Source: an uncultured Rhabdochlamydiaceae bacterium (lineage in GTDB: Bacteria; Chlamydiota; Chlamydiia; Chlamydiales; Rhabdochlamydiaceae). From it: a DNA stretch of 64,000 nt. The DNA lies in contig CAVQHD010000001.1 in assembly GCA_963712275.1 (NCBI GenBank), positions 1,312,001-1,376,000 of the forward strand. Direction: 5' to 3'. The position numbers and the translations under genes were made by a program. Below are positions 31,201-41,100 of this stretch, piece after piece. Position 1 is the first letter of the stretch. Every line of letters begins with the position of its first letter. The notes under the pieces were generated by a model. The model had not been told where the DNA came from. It made no database searches and saw only the letters and a program-made list of their open reading frames with translations.

Positions 31201-32599
31201 TGCTTTTGCCAATGCCGGCTTTCCCAAGGACTAAAACTTTTGTCACGGGTTTGTCATTGCGATTGTTAAAGAGGGCGTCGATTTCAAGAGATTCGTCTGG
31301 ATGATGAAGTCGTGCATAGATTTCGCGAAGGGAGTCTTTTTCAAGAAGGTGGAGATTTCGCGATCGAGCTTCTTCTTCTTTTTTTTCTTGGGAGGCACTA
31401 GAGACGATCGATAATTGTGTGAAAAAGCTTTCTATGGGAAATTCTGCGTTCGTCAAAATTAAGGGAAGAAAAGCAAGGTGGCGAAGGTAGCTCTCTTTGA
31501 GAAGGGTGTAGAGATTTTTTTGGGTAGCTTCATACCTTTCCTTGATTTGGTCTAGGCGTTTGATGTCTTGAAGGTGTTGATAGATCGCACTGATCCGAAC
31601 GGCTGTGTTGCATTCTTGGTGATACTCTAAAACTGGGTTGTCCTGTTGTTTTAAAAACTCAAGGGCCCATGCTTTGGGAGGGTTATGTTGAGTCTGAATC
31701 AGTTCGAACAAGGAGGCAGGCGATTTCATTTTGTTCTGATGATAGTATGTTCCCTTAAGCTCTCCTTTAGGGAAAATGTAGAGAAGGCAATCGTCGATGG
31801 TTGCGCATAGACCTTGAAATTGCCTCCCTACCCATTGAGAGTCTTTAAAGACGATTGTTCCTTGTGAAAACGCAGCTTTGGGAAATAGCTGTTTTAAAAA
31901 GGCTTTTAAAACATCTTCATTAAGAAGAGCTTGAAGGAGCTCTCTACAGGCGGCACGATGGAGTGCAATGAGATTGCCTTCGTCATCCATCACAGGAGCT
32001 CCAGAGGATCCAGGCATCGTGTAGGTTGTGTAATGCAAGGTAAACAGGGTACTTTCTTTCACAACATTGTCTCGAAAGGAGACTTTTTGAGTACTTGAGC
32101 CGTTGTTTTCAACGGGATGGTGAATAATGTTGGCGTAGTTTCCTATTTTGAGTTCGGGAGAATTGAAAATGGAAAAAGCGAGATGGGAGATGTTGGTGAT
32201 TTTCGGATGGGACTTGATAGAAACGATCGTAAAATCGAGCTTTATTTTTGTGATAGGTTTAAAGCCCAACCGATCGGGGGTTGGGCTTGTGCAAAAGAAC
32301 TGATCGGGGTCGATATCGACCGTGACCCCTTCTTGGTGAGGATTGGTATAGAAAAATACCGCTTTGGCTTTGTAGGCAGTTTCTTTACTTTCAAGGACAT
32401 GGTGATTGGTCATAATCAAGTCCTTGCCGATTAAAAAGCCGGTCCCTGATTGGCCTGTCTCCAGTACAATACGGCACACAACCTGGGTTCGCTCATGGAG
32501 TCTGCGAAGCACTTCCGTATCAGAATAGCTTCCCTGTTGCAGGACAGCCTTTATATTTGTTCCGACGGCGTCCTGTTTAGTGAGAAAAGTAGTAGCCAT
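28226..32599 (-). CDS. NLR-like protein: trypsin-like protease + NACHT NTPase + ankyrin repeats
   Basis: GTGFLI, TNHHV (His), LDF (Asp), PGSSGAP (Ser); GKAGIGKST Walker A, IFDGWDE Walker B, LTSRP, FIHLTYQEY; TPLH repeats; ATG 32599 aligns with the paralog start. Confidence 0.92.
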   Translation of the reverse strand: MATTFLTKQDAVGTNIKAVLQQGSYSDTEVLRRLHERTQVVCRIVLETGQSGTGFLIGKDLIMTNHHVLESKETAYKAKAVFFYTNPHQEGVTVDIDPDQFFCTSPTPDRLGFKPITKIKLDFTIVSIKSHPKITNISHLAFSIFNSPELKIGNYANIIHHPVENNGSSTQKVSFRDNVVKESTLFTLHYTTYTMPGSSGAPVMDDEGNLIALHRAACRELLQALLNEDVLKAFLKQLFPKAAFSQGTIVFKDSQWVGRQFQGLCATIDDCLLYIFPKGELKGTYYHQNKMKSPASLFELIQTQHNPPKAWALEFLKQQDNPVLEYHQECNTAVRISAIYQHLQDIKRLDQIKERYEATQKNLYTLLKESYLRHLAFLPLILTNAEFPIESFFTQLSIVSSASQEKKEEEARSRNLHLLEKDSLREIYARLHHPDESLEIDALFNNRNDKPVTKVLVLGKAGIGKSTLCQKITYDWALGILFKEKFAVVYHLKLRVLNVWIEENNFKNFQDSDEWLSNAISEFCYQGTHQKKIFQELQDHPDKILVIFDGWDEASPAVIEVIKQYFLKTRVKHYLLTSRPGVTASIHGNFDLIVENMGFTDKQIEVYTEKFFTHTKSSELKTFLSNLRLHNDLFTIAHIPIQLQILCALWQKGEKEFPQTLTLMFSKITSRLFDWEQSKQAGGKELPRSQKQLLYQALGKIALKGLDNKQLILPKTLIDAALEDKKFDTISSKDLIGTGLIKGCGENGEMYFIHLTYQEYTIAESISNLPTEEQRAFVQTYRYKPHFHLVICMLAGSIWEKTHQNFDTLKMFFEWLYSDPVNQSSEEMLKLGFGCLNECIGGFKELPPFDQYLAQNILIFEKVAQSNDFYKHTYTLKYLYTKHSSLISQADKKGILPFLGVCVAGNLELAIWLLEKDPLLIGKFTQEGATPLYAAAAKGHLPIAQWLLEKDPSLLGKFTQDGWTPLHSAAAEGHLPMAQWLHEKDPSLLGKFTQDGWTPLHAAAVEGRLPMAQWLHEKDPSLLGKFTQDGWTPLHAAAVEGRLPMAQWLHEKDPSLLGKFTQDGWTPLHSAAVKGHLPMAQWLLEKDPSLLGKFTQDGWTPLHIAAAKGHLPIAQWLLEKDPSLLGKFTQDGWTPLHSAAAKGHLPMAQWLHEKDPSLLGKFTQEGWIPLHAAAYEGHLPMAQWLHEKDLSLLGKFTQDGWTPLHAAAQEGHLPMVQWLHEKDLSLLGKFTQDGWTPLHAAAAKGHLPMAQWLHEKDPSLLGKFTQEGWTPLHAAAQEGHLPMTQWLHEKDPSLLGKFTQEGWTPLHAAAQEGHLPMTQWLLEKDPSLLDKFTREGWTPLHSAAAGGHLPMTQWLHEKDPSLLGKFTQEGWTPLHAAAQEGHLPMVQWLCLQDSRQPFLRWNGETPFKIATRYHQAEVAEWLQIHFPKGCEENMSEKTKEKIPKAPNQEKKDTCSLS
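28395..29920 (-). repeat. coding tandem array of 102-bp (34-aa) ankyrin repeats
   Basis: 14 near-identical units GWTPLHxAAxxGHLPMxQWLxEKDPSLLGKFTQ[DE] plus degenerate caps; boundaries approximate. Confidence 0.95.
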
Positions 32600-32603
32600 A
32601 GCA

Positions 32604-32855
32604 TTATATGGGAGGTTTAGTCTTGAATGAATTGACAAGGATCATTTTTCTTCCTTGGTTCAAAAGATTTTTAACAAGCAAAAAACAATTTAATTGAAAA
32701 GCGAAAGCTTTGCAAGTTGGTTTTCTAAATGACTAGTATGTCGAAAAATCCCACTTGCTAATTTTTTTCTTTCCGATTAAATTGTTTTTTTGCTTGTTAG
32801 AAATCTTTTGAACCAAGGAGGAAAAAATGGCTGCCGTCAGTTCAGCTACGACAAT
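32604..32855. promoter_or_regulatory. imperfect palindromic divergent promoter/RBS region
   Basis: TTGCTA-17-TAAATT (+, 32755-32783) and TTGCAA-17-TAAATT (-, 32715-32687); ~53-bp inverted arms include RBS and ATG. Confidence 0.7.
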
Positions 32856-34140
32856 TCCAAAAACATTAAAAGGTTGCCTTTCTGAGCCAAGCTCCCCTTG
32901 GCAAATCAGCCCAGCACTTTTCGCTAGAATTTCACAGCAACCTTGGGAAGCGGGAGGGATGCTTTATAAAAAATGTCAAATCCTTTCAGACGATCCCGAA
33001 TGTCGCTTTATCCTGGAATATTTTCACCATCAAAAGCCTCCGAACTATGGCATTTGTAATATCTACTGCATTCATACACCTCACCTTTCTAAGGCATTTG
33101 AGGCAGAAATCGAAAAAATTGACATTAAAGCAAAGACGTTTAAGCCTGAGTGGGATGAAGGAACTTTTAAAGAAAAAAGAGAAAAAGTCATTGAACGTTG
33201 GAAAGAGCAAGTCAATCAGTTTTATCCCATCTCCATCCAGAGACCTACGCGTAAAGACACCTACTTTAATGTTAGAATGCTTCCTCTGTGGCATGGAACA
33301 GCTAAACATGTCTGCCACTCCATTGCTTCTACAGGCTTTACCTACTTTGGAAAGCACCATTTCTTTAACCCCGATGCCCAACTAGGAACCTTTCAAAATG
33401 TAGACGCAGGCTATTATGGCAGCGGAGTCTATTTTACCAACAGCGCTAAATATGCTGCGATGTATAGCACGGGCAATCTTCTCTTGGCGTGGGTTGCAAT
33501 GAAAGAGCCTTTTCCCGTCATCAACGATATTCCTCATCCTCGAAAAGGGAAGGATATGGGAATGCTTGAAGGGCATGGGGCCTATCAAGCTTATAACGCT
33601 CATTACATTCCCGTCGCACCGATTTCCACCGATTCCGATTGTATGGAGTATTACCCTTGCTATGATAATCAAGCACCTGTTTGTGATGAGCTAGTTGTCT
33701 TTCAAGAAGCCCAAACCCTTCCCCGATTTTGGGTAGAGATTGGTGTCGATTTCCCTACCAGGATTTCCCCTCATTCTCCAATACCCGGCGCTTTTATAGT
33801 TGATATGGCAACGTTTTCTGCGACAATTTCTCCTGGCCTTTCCATTGCTGCCAAGTGCTCTTCAGCTACTTGTAATCCAAAACATCAAAACCAGTGGGTT
33901 TCACTTGGTATGGGACTATTTAATATAGCAAAAGTCTACTACTCCACTCCATGCCCTTCCTGCAAAATTGATTTTAATGCCATTGATCATTTTATCCTTC
34001 ACAATGCTACCTACACTCTTGAAGGAAGACAGCAAGCAGGAACCCTTATTAAAATTGCAAATCAAAAACTACCTGCACACCAAGGCATCATGATTAGTCA
34101 GTTTTCTGGATGGAAATATTTAAATATAACCCTCAACTAA
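32827..34140 (+). CDS. PARP-like (H-Y-E) ADP-ribosyltransferase with Cys-rich C-terminal domain
   Basis: LWHGT, GYYGSGVYFTNSAKYAAMYS, DELVVFQEAQTLPRF; C-terminal CxxxxC...CPxC. Confidence 0.85.
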   Translation: MAAVSSATTIPKTLKGCLSEPSSPWQISPALFARISQQPWEAGGMLYKKCQILSDDPECRFILEYFHHQKPPNYGICNIYCIHTPHLSKAFEAEIEKIDIKAKTFKPEWDEGTFKEKREKVIERWKEQVNQFYPISIQRPTRKDTYFNVRMLPLWHGTAKHVCHSIASTGFTYFGKHHFFNPDAQLGTFQNVDAGYYGSGVYFTNSAKYAAMYSTGNLLLAWVAMKEPFPVINDIPHPRKGKDMGMLEGHGAYQAYNAHYIPVAPISTDSDCMEYYPCYDNQAPVCDELVVFQEAQTLPRFWVEIGVDFPTRISPHSPIPGAFIVDMATFSATISPGLSIAAKCSSATCNPKHQNQWVSLGMGLFNIAKVYYSTPCPSCKIDFNAIDHFILHNATYTLEGRQQAGTLIKIANQKLPAHQGIMISQFSGWKYLNITLN

Positions 34141-34152
34141 AGGAGGCATCTT

Positions 34153-35157
34153 ATGTCTATACAGCGTTCTTATAAAAGTTCAGTAGGAACTTTAACAGCT
34201 TTTTATTCTCATAACGTTGCTAAAGAAAAAAACAAACTCGATCATTTCTCTTTTCTCGAAGCAGGCCTCAAAGTAGGAGAAACCACCCAAATTGCTTTAT
34301 CAAAAGTTTGGGTGAATGGAGTTCCAGCCAGCCATCTCAAAGGATTTAAGTCCTATGTACTGCCAGAAAATGGAGTTCAATTTGCTCTAAGTCAAGATGT
34401 ATATGAAGTGACGGTTCCAGGAGCTCACTTTAACATGCTCTCGCTGACTATTAAAATTTCAGAGGATAAAGAAGAAACATTAACTCTTCAAGTTCCCGAG
34501 CGTTTGACCTTCCTAGGGTTGAAAAAAATCGTCAGCAAAAAATTAGCGATTCCAGATTTTGGACGGCTTGACATTCAATATCAAGGCAATTCTCTTGATG
34601 CAAATAATACTCTAGAGGAATGCGGCTTCGAAAACGGCACTGAGCTAACCCTAAGGCTCTCTAGCCAAGAAGAAGATAAGGTAGCCAAGCAAGAGAAGGC
34701 TACGGCTGGAGCCTTAGAAATGTTCTCTGCTTTCTCCTTTGTCATTGCTGACACCCCAAAAACTATCCCTACAACACCCGTTACTAAGGACACTCCTATA
34801 TGGAGGCACCTCCATAAGGGACTTAGCCTAAAGGCACCCTGTACTAACAAAGTCTGCAAAGCTTTTCAAAAAACCGTCTATATTCCCAAGCGTATGGGCA
34901 CCTTTAACATGGCCAAAGAGTGCTGCGAAGCAACTTGCCCTGCTTGTGATAAGCCTTTTGAGAAAGAGGTCAGTAATTGTGGTTTTTTGGATTGTATCTA
35001 CTCAATTCAGGGAATGATGAAAGATGGGACTCGATTTAATGAACAAAACAAAACTGCTCCCAAAGATCGTTTTCTCACCTTTGAAGAAGTTGCCAATGGA
35101 GTGAGCAAAATTGCCAGGTGGAAATATTTAGAAATCACGACTAAGCCTTCCGTATAA
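34153..35157 (+). CDS. ubiquitin-like domain protein with Cys-rich C-terminal domain
   Basis: aa ~95-170 LTLQV..LTFLGLKKIV..IP..RLDIQYQGNSLDANNTLEECGFENGTELTL fits the ubiquitin fold pattern; no di-Gly; RBS aggagg. Confidence 0.8.
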   Translation: MSIQRSYKSSVGTLTAFYSHNVAKEKNKLDHFSFLEAGLKVGETTQIALSKVWVNGVPASHLKGFKSYVLPENGVQFALSQDVYEVTVPGAHFNMLSLTIKISEDKEETLTLQVPERLTFLGLKKIVSKKLAIPDFGRLDIQYQGNSLDANNTLEECGFENGTELTLRLSSQEEDKVAKQEKATAGALEMFSAFSFVIADTPKTIPTTPVTKDTPIWRHLHKGLSLKAPCTNKVCKAFQKTVYIPKRMGTFNMAKECCEATCPACDKPFEKEVSNCGFLDCIYSIQGMMKDGTRFNEQNKTAPKDRFLTFEEVANGVSKIARWKYLEITTKPSV

Positions 35158-35164
35158 AGCTATT

Positions 35165-38100
35165 GTGGCTACCACCCCGCTTACTCAAAAGGATATCGCA
35201 GGAACACATGCAAGGCTTGCCTTGCAACAAGGGGGGTATACCGATACCGACGTGCTTCGCAGGCTCCATGAGCGAACTCAGGTTGTTTGCCGTATTGTGT
35301 TAAAGACAGGCCAATCAGGGACCGGCTTTCTAATTGGCAAGGACTTGATTATGACCAATCATCATGTCCTTGAGAGTAAAGAAACCGCCTGCAAAGCCCA
35401 AGCGGTGTTTTTCTATACCAATCCTCACCAAGAAGGGGTCGCGGTAGACCTTGACCCCGATCAGTTCTTTTGCACAAGCTCAACCCCAGATCGGTTGGGC
35501 TTTAAACCTATCACAAAAATAAAGCTCGATTTTACGATCGTTTCTATCAAGTCCCACCCAAAAATCACCAGTATCTCCCATCTCGCTTTTTCTATCTTCA
35601 ATTCTCCCGAACTCAAAATGGGAAACTACGCCAACATCATTCACCACCCCGTTGAAAACAACGGCTCAAGTACTCAAAAAGTCTCCTTTCGAGACAATGT
35701 TGTGAAAGAAAGTACCCTGTTTACCTTGCATTACACAACCCATACGATGCCTGGATCCTCCGGAGCTCCCGTGATGGATGACCAAGGCAACCTCATTGCA
35801 CTCCATCGTGCCGCCTGCACGGAACTTCTTCAGGCTCTCCTTCAGGAAGATGTTTTAAAGGCCCTTTTAAAACAGCTATTTCCAAGGGTTGTATTTTTAC
35901 GAGGAGCAATGGCCTTTAAAGATCCTGAAGGCACAGAAAGAAAGTTTCATGGTTTATGTGCCATTGTTGACAGCTCCCTCCTCTACATCTTTTCTGAAGG
36001 AGAACTTAAGGGGAAGTATTTTCATTGGAACAAAATGAAATCGCCCGCCTCCCTGTTCGAACTGATTCAAATACAACATAACCCTCCCAAGGAATGGGCT
36101 TTTCAGTTTTTGAAACAGCAGAAAAGCCCGGTTTTAGATCACCATCGGGAATGCAACATAGCCGTTCGGATCAGCGCAATCTATCGATATCTTCAAGACG
36201 TCAAACTCCTAGACCAAATCAAGGAAAAGTATGAAGCTACCCAAAAAGACCTTTACACTCTTCTCAAAGAGAGCTACCTTCGCCACCTTGCTTTTCTTCC
36301 CTTAATTTTGACGAACGCAGAATTTCCTATAGAAAGCTTTTTTACTCAGCTATCGATTGTCTTCAGCGCTTCTCAAGAAAAAAAAGAAGAGGAAATCCGA
36401 GTACGAGACCCTCATTTGGTTGAAAAAGACTCCCTTCGCGAAATCTATACCCGACTTCATCATCCAGACGAATCTCTTGAAATTGACACCCTTTTTAACG
36501 ACCGCAGTGGCAACCCTGTGACGAAAGTCTTAATCCTTGGAAGAGCTGGGATTGGCAAAAGTACCCTTTGTCAGAAAATTGTTTACGACTGGGCTTTGGG
36601 AATCCTTTTTAAGGGGAAATTTGCAGTTGTCTATCACCTTAGACTCCGAGACTTAAATGTCTGGATAGAGCAAAATAGCTTTAAAAATTTCCAAGATCCG
36701 GATGAATGGCTGAGTAATGCCATTTCCGAATTTTGCTACCAAGGAGCACACCAAAAAAAGATTTTTCAAGAACTTCAAAATCATCCAGATAAAATTCTCG
36801 TAATCTTCGATGGCTGGGATGAAGCTTCTCCAGCTGTGATAAAAGCTGTTGAACGGTGTTTTTTAAAAACCAGGATCAAACATTATCTCCTCACATCAAG
36901 ACCTGGAGTCACCGCGAACATCCATAGTAACTTCGATCTAATCGTTGAAAACATGGGGTTTACTGACAAACAAGTCGAGGTCTATGCAGAGAAGTTTTTT
37001 ATCCATACAAAAAGTCTAGAGCTGAAGACTTTTCTAAGCAACCTCCGCTCTCACAGCGATCTTTTTACAATTGCCCATATCCCTATCCAACTTCAAATTC
37101 TGTGCGCTTTATGGCAAAAAGGAGAGAAAGAGTTTCCGCAAACCTTGACTTTGATGTTTTCTAAGGTTACCAGCCGTCTTTTTGAATGGGCGCAAAGCAA
37201 ACAGGCTGAAGGCCAAGAGCTCCCACGATCAAAAAAGCAGCTTCTGGATAAAGCTCTTGGAAGGATTGCCTTAAAAGGCCTCGACAGTAAGCAACTCATC
37301 CTTCCAAAAACATTAGTCGATGATGCGTTAGGAGATGAGAAGTTCGATACTATTAGCAGCAAAGACCTCATCAACACAGGACTGGTCAAAGGGTGCGGTG
37401 AAAATGGAGAGATGTATTTTATTCATCTCACTTACCAGGAATATGCCATCGCCGAATCGATCAGCAGCTTGCCAACCGAGGAGCAACGGGATTTCATCCA
37501 GGCCTATCGGTACAAGCCGCACTTTCATCTTGTCATACGCATGCTAAGCGGCTGTATCTGGCAAAAAACCAATAAAAACCTCAAAGCTTTAGAGACGTTC
37601 TTCGAATGGCTTTATAGCGAGCCAATCGATTTGATCGGAAGCTACCAAGCAGAACTTGTCTTATCTTGCCTTGATGAATGCCGCAGCCCCAAACTCGAGG
37701 ACATAATTTGGGAGAAGTATAAGATTGCCAATTTTGTGGAGTATGTCTCAAAAGATGAAATGACACCGGTTTGTCTCAGCCAATTAATGTCGATCTCTCA
37801 GAGAGCATTTTTGCAAGTCGTGAAAAAGTTGCAAAAGGAAGATTCAGAAAAACAAATAAGCTGGTTTTTTTTGAATTTAAGCCGATTCATTAAAAAAGAA
37901 TATCTGTCTGACGATTTTTCTGATTTTATGCGATCAGCTCTCAGTAATAAAGACAATAGTGTGCGCATAAATGCAGCTAAGGTTCTTGGGAAGGTGGCAG
38001 GGCGTGTCGGAGAAAACCGCATCCCTGAACTACTGAATTGGCTTCAAAGGGTTCTCAATGATGAAGCGTCTGAGGTGCGCCGTGCTGCTGCTAATGCTTT

Positions 38101-41100
38101 TGGTGAGGTGGTAAAGGATATCGGAGAAAACCACGTCCCCGAACTACTGAATTGGCTTCAAAAGGCTTTCAATGATGAAAAGTTTGAGATGCGCTGGGCT
38201 GCTGCCAGGGCTCTTGGGGAGGTGGCAAAGCATGTCGGAGAAAGCCACGTCCCCGAACTACTGAATTGGCTTCAAAAGGCTCTCAATGATGAAGCGTCTG
38301 TGGTGCGCCGTGCTGCTGCTAAGGCTCTTTGGGAGGTGGCAAAGCATGTCGGAGAAAGCCACGTCCCCGAACTACTGAATTGGCTTCAAAAGGCTCTCAA
38401 TGATGAAGCGTCTGTGGTGCGCCGTGCTGCTGCTAAGGCTCTTTGGGAGGTGGCAAAGCATGTCAGACAGAACCGCATTCCCCAACTACTGGGTCTGCTT
38501 CAAAGGGCTCTCAATGATGAATGGTTTGATGTGCGCCAGGCTGCTGCTGAGGCTCTTGGGGAGGTGGTAAAGGATATCGGAGAAAACCATGTCCCCGAAC
38601 TACTGGATCTGCTTCAAAAGGCTCTCAATGATGAAGAGTTTTTGGTGCGCTGGGCTGCTGCTAGGGCTCTTAAGGAGGTGGCAAAGTATGTCGGAGAAAG
38701 CCATCTCTCCGAACTACTGAATTGGCTTCAAAGGGTTCTCAATGATGAAAAGTTTAAGATGCGCCCAGCTGCTGCTGAGGCTCTTGGGGAGGTGGCAAAG
38801 CATGTCGGAGAAAGCCACGTCCCCGAACTACTGAATTGGCTTCAAAGGGCTCTCAATGATGAATGGTTTGATGTGCGCCAGGCTGCTGCTGAGGCTCTTG
38901 GGGAGGTGGTAAAGGATATCGGAGAAAACAGCATGCCCCAACTACTAAATCTGCTTCAAAAGGCTCTCAATGATAAAGAGTCTTCTATAGTGCGCTGGGC
39001 TGCTACTAGGGCTCTTGAGAAGGTGGCAAAGCATGTCGGAGAAAGCCACGTCCCCGAACTACTGAATTGGCTTCAAAGGGCTCTCAATGATGAATGGTTT
39101 GATGTGCGCCAGGCTGCTGCTGAGGCTCTTGGGGAGGTGGTAAAGGATATCGGAGAAAACAGCATGCCCCAACTACTAAATCTGCTTCAAAAGGCTCTCA
39201 ATGATAAAGAGTCTTCTATAGTGCGCTGGGCTGCTACTAGGGCTCTTGAGAAGGTGGCAAAGCATGTCGGAGAAAACAGCATGCCCCAGTTCCTGGATCT
39301 GCTTCAAAAGGCTCTCAATAATGAAAAGTCTGAGGTGCGCCAGGCTGCTGCTGAGGCTCTTGAGGAGGTGGCAAAGCATGTCGGAGAAAACAGCATGCCC
39401 CAGTTCCTGGATCTGCTTCAAAAGGCTCTCAATAATGAAAAATCTGAGGTGCGCCATGCTGTTGCTGGGGCTCTTAGGGAGGTGGCAAAGCATGTCGGAG
39501 AAAACAGCATGCCCCAGTTCCTGGATCTGCTTCAAAAGGCTTTCAATGGTGAAGCGTCTGAGGTGCGCCATGCTGTTGCTAGGGCTCTTGGGGAGGTGGC
39601 AAAGCATGTCGGAGAAAACCACGTCCTCGAGCTACTGAATTGGCTTCAAAAGGCTTTCAATGATGAAAAGTCTGAGGTGCGCTGGGCTGCTACTAGGGCT
39701 CTTGAGAAGGTGGCAAAGCATATCGGAGAAAGCCACGTCCCCGAACTATTGAATTGGTTTCAAAAGGCTCTCAATGATGAAGAGTTTGAGGTGCGCCGGG
39801 CTGCTGCTGAGGTTTTTGGGGGGGGTGGCAAAGCATGTCGGAGAAAACCACGTCCTCGAGCTACTGAATTGGCTTCAAAAGGCTTTCAATGATGAAAAGT
39901 CTGAGGTGCGCTGGGCCGCTGCTAATGCTTTTGGTGAGGTGGTAAAGGATATCGGAGAAAACCACGTCCCCGAACTACTGAATTGGCTTCAAAAGGCTTT
40001 CAATGATGAAAAGTTTGAGATGCGCTGGGCTGCTGCCAGGGCTCTTAGGGAGGTGGTAAAGCATGTCGGAGAAAGCCACATCCCCGAACTACTGGATCTG
40101 CTTCAAAAGGCTCTCAATGATAAAGTCTTTAATGTGCGCGGGGTTGCTGCTAGGGCTCTTAGGGAGGTGGCAAAGCATATCGGAGAAAGTCACGTCCCCG
40201 AACTACTGAATTGGCTTCAAAGGGCTCTCAATGATGAATGGTTTGATGCGCGCCAGGCTGCTGCTGAGGCTCTTGGGGAGGTGGTAAAGGATATCGGAGA
40301 AAATCATGTCTCCGAACTACTGGATCTGCTTCAAAAGGCTCTCAATGATGAAGAGTTTTTGGTGCGCTGGGCTGCTGCTAGGGCTCTTAAGGAGGTGGCA
40401 AAGTATGTCGGAGAAAGCCATCTCTCCGAACTACTGAATTGGCTTCAAAGGGTTCTCAATGATGAAAAGTTTAAGATGCGCCCAGCTGTTGCTGAGGCTC
40501 TTAAGGAGATGGCAAAGCATGTTGGAGAAAACCGCATCCCCGAATTACTGGATCTGCTTCAAAAGATTTTCAATGATGAAGCGTCTGAGGTGCGCCGTGC
40601 TGCTGCTGGGGCTCTTGTGAAGGTGGTAAAGCATGTCGGAGAAAACAGCATGCCCCAACTACTAAATCTGCTTCAAAAGGCTCTCAATGATGAAAAGTAT
40701 GAGGTGCGCAGTGTTGCTGCTGAGGTTTTTAGGGAGGTGGCAAAGCATGTCAGAGAAAACCACATGCCTCAACTATTGGATCTGCTTCAAAAGGCTCTCA
40801 ATGATGAAAAGTATGAGGTGCGCAGTGCTGCTGCTGAGGTTTTTAGGGAGGTGGCAAAGCATGTCAGAGAAAACAGCATGCCCCAACTACTAAATCTGCT
40901 TCAAAAGGCTCTCAATGATGAAAAGTATGAGGTGCGCAGTGTTGCTGCTGAGGTTTTTAGGGAGGTGGCAAAGCATGTCAGAGAAAACCACATGCCTCAA
41001 CTATTGGATCTGCTTCAAAAGGCTCTCAATGATGAAAAGTATGAGGTGCGCAGTGTTGCTGCTGAGGTTTTTAGGGAGGTGGCAAAGCATGTCAGAGAAA

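Noticed and set aside
34435..34665. Conjugatable ubiquitin of a Bil/CBASS-like E1-E2 system
   Set aside because: The Ubl is internal, lacks a di-Gly, and no E1, E2 or JAB genes are present
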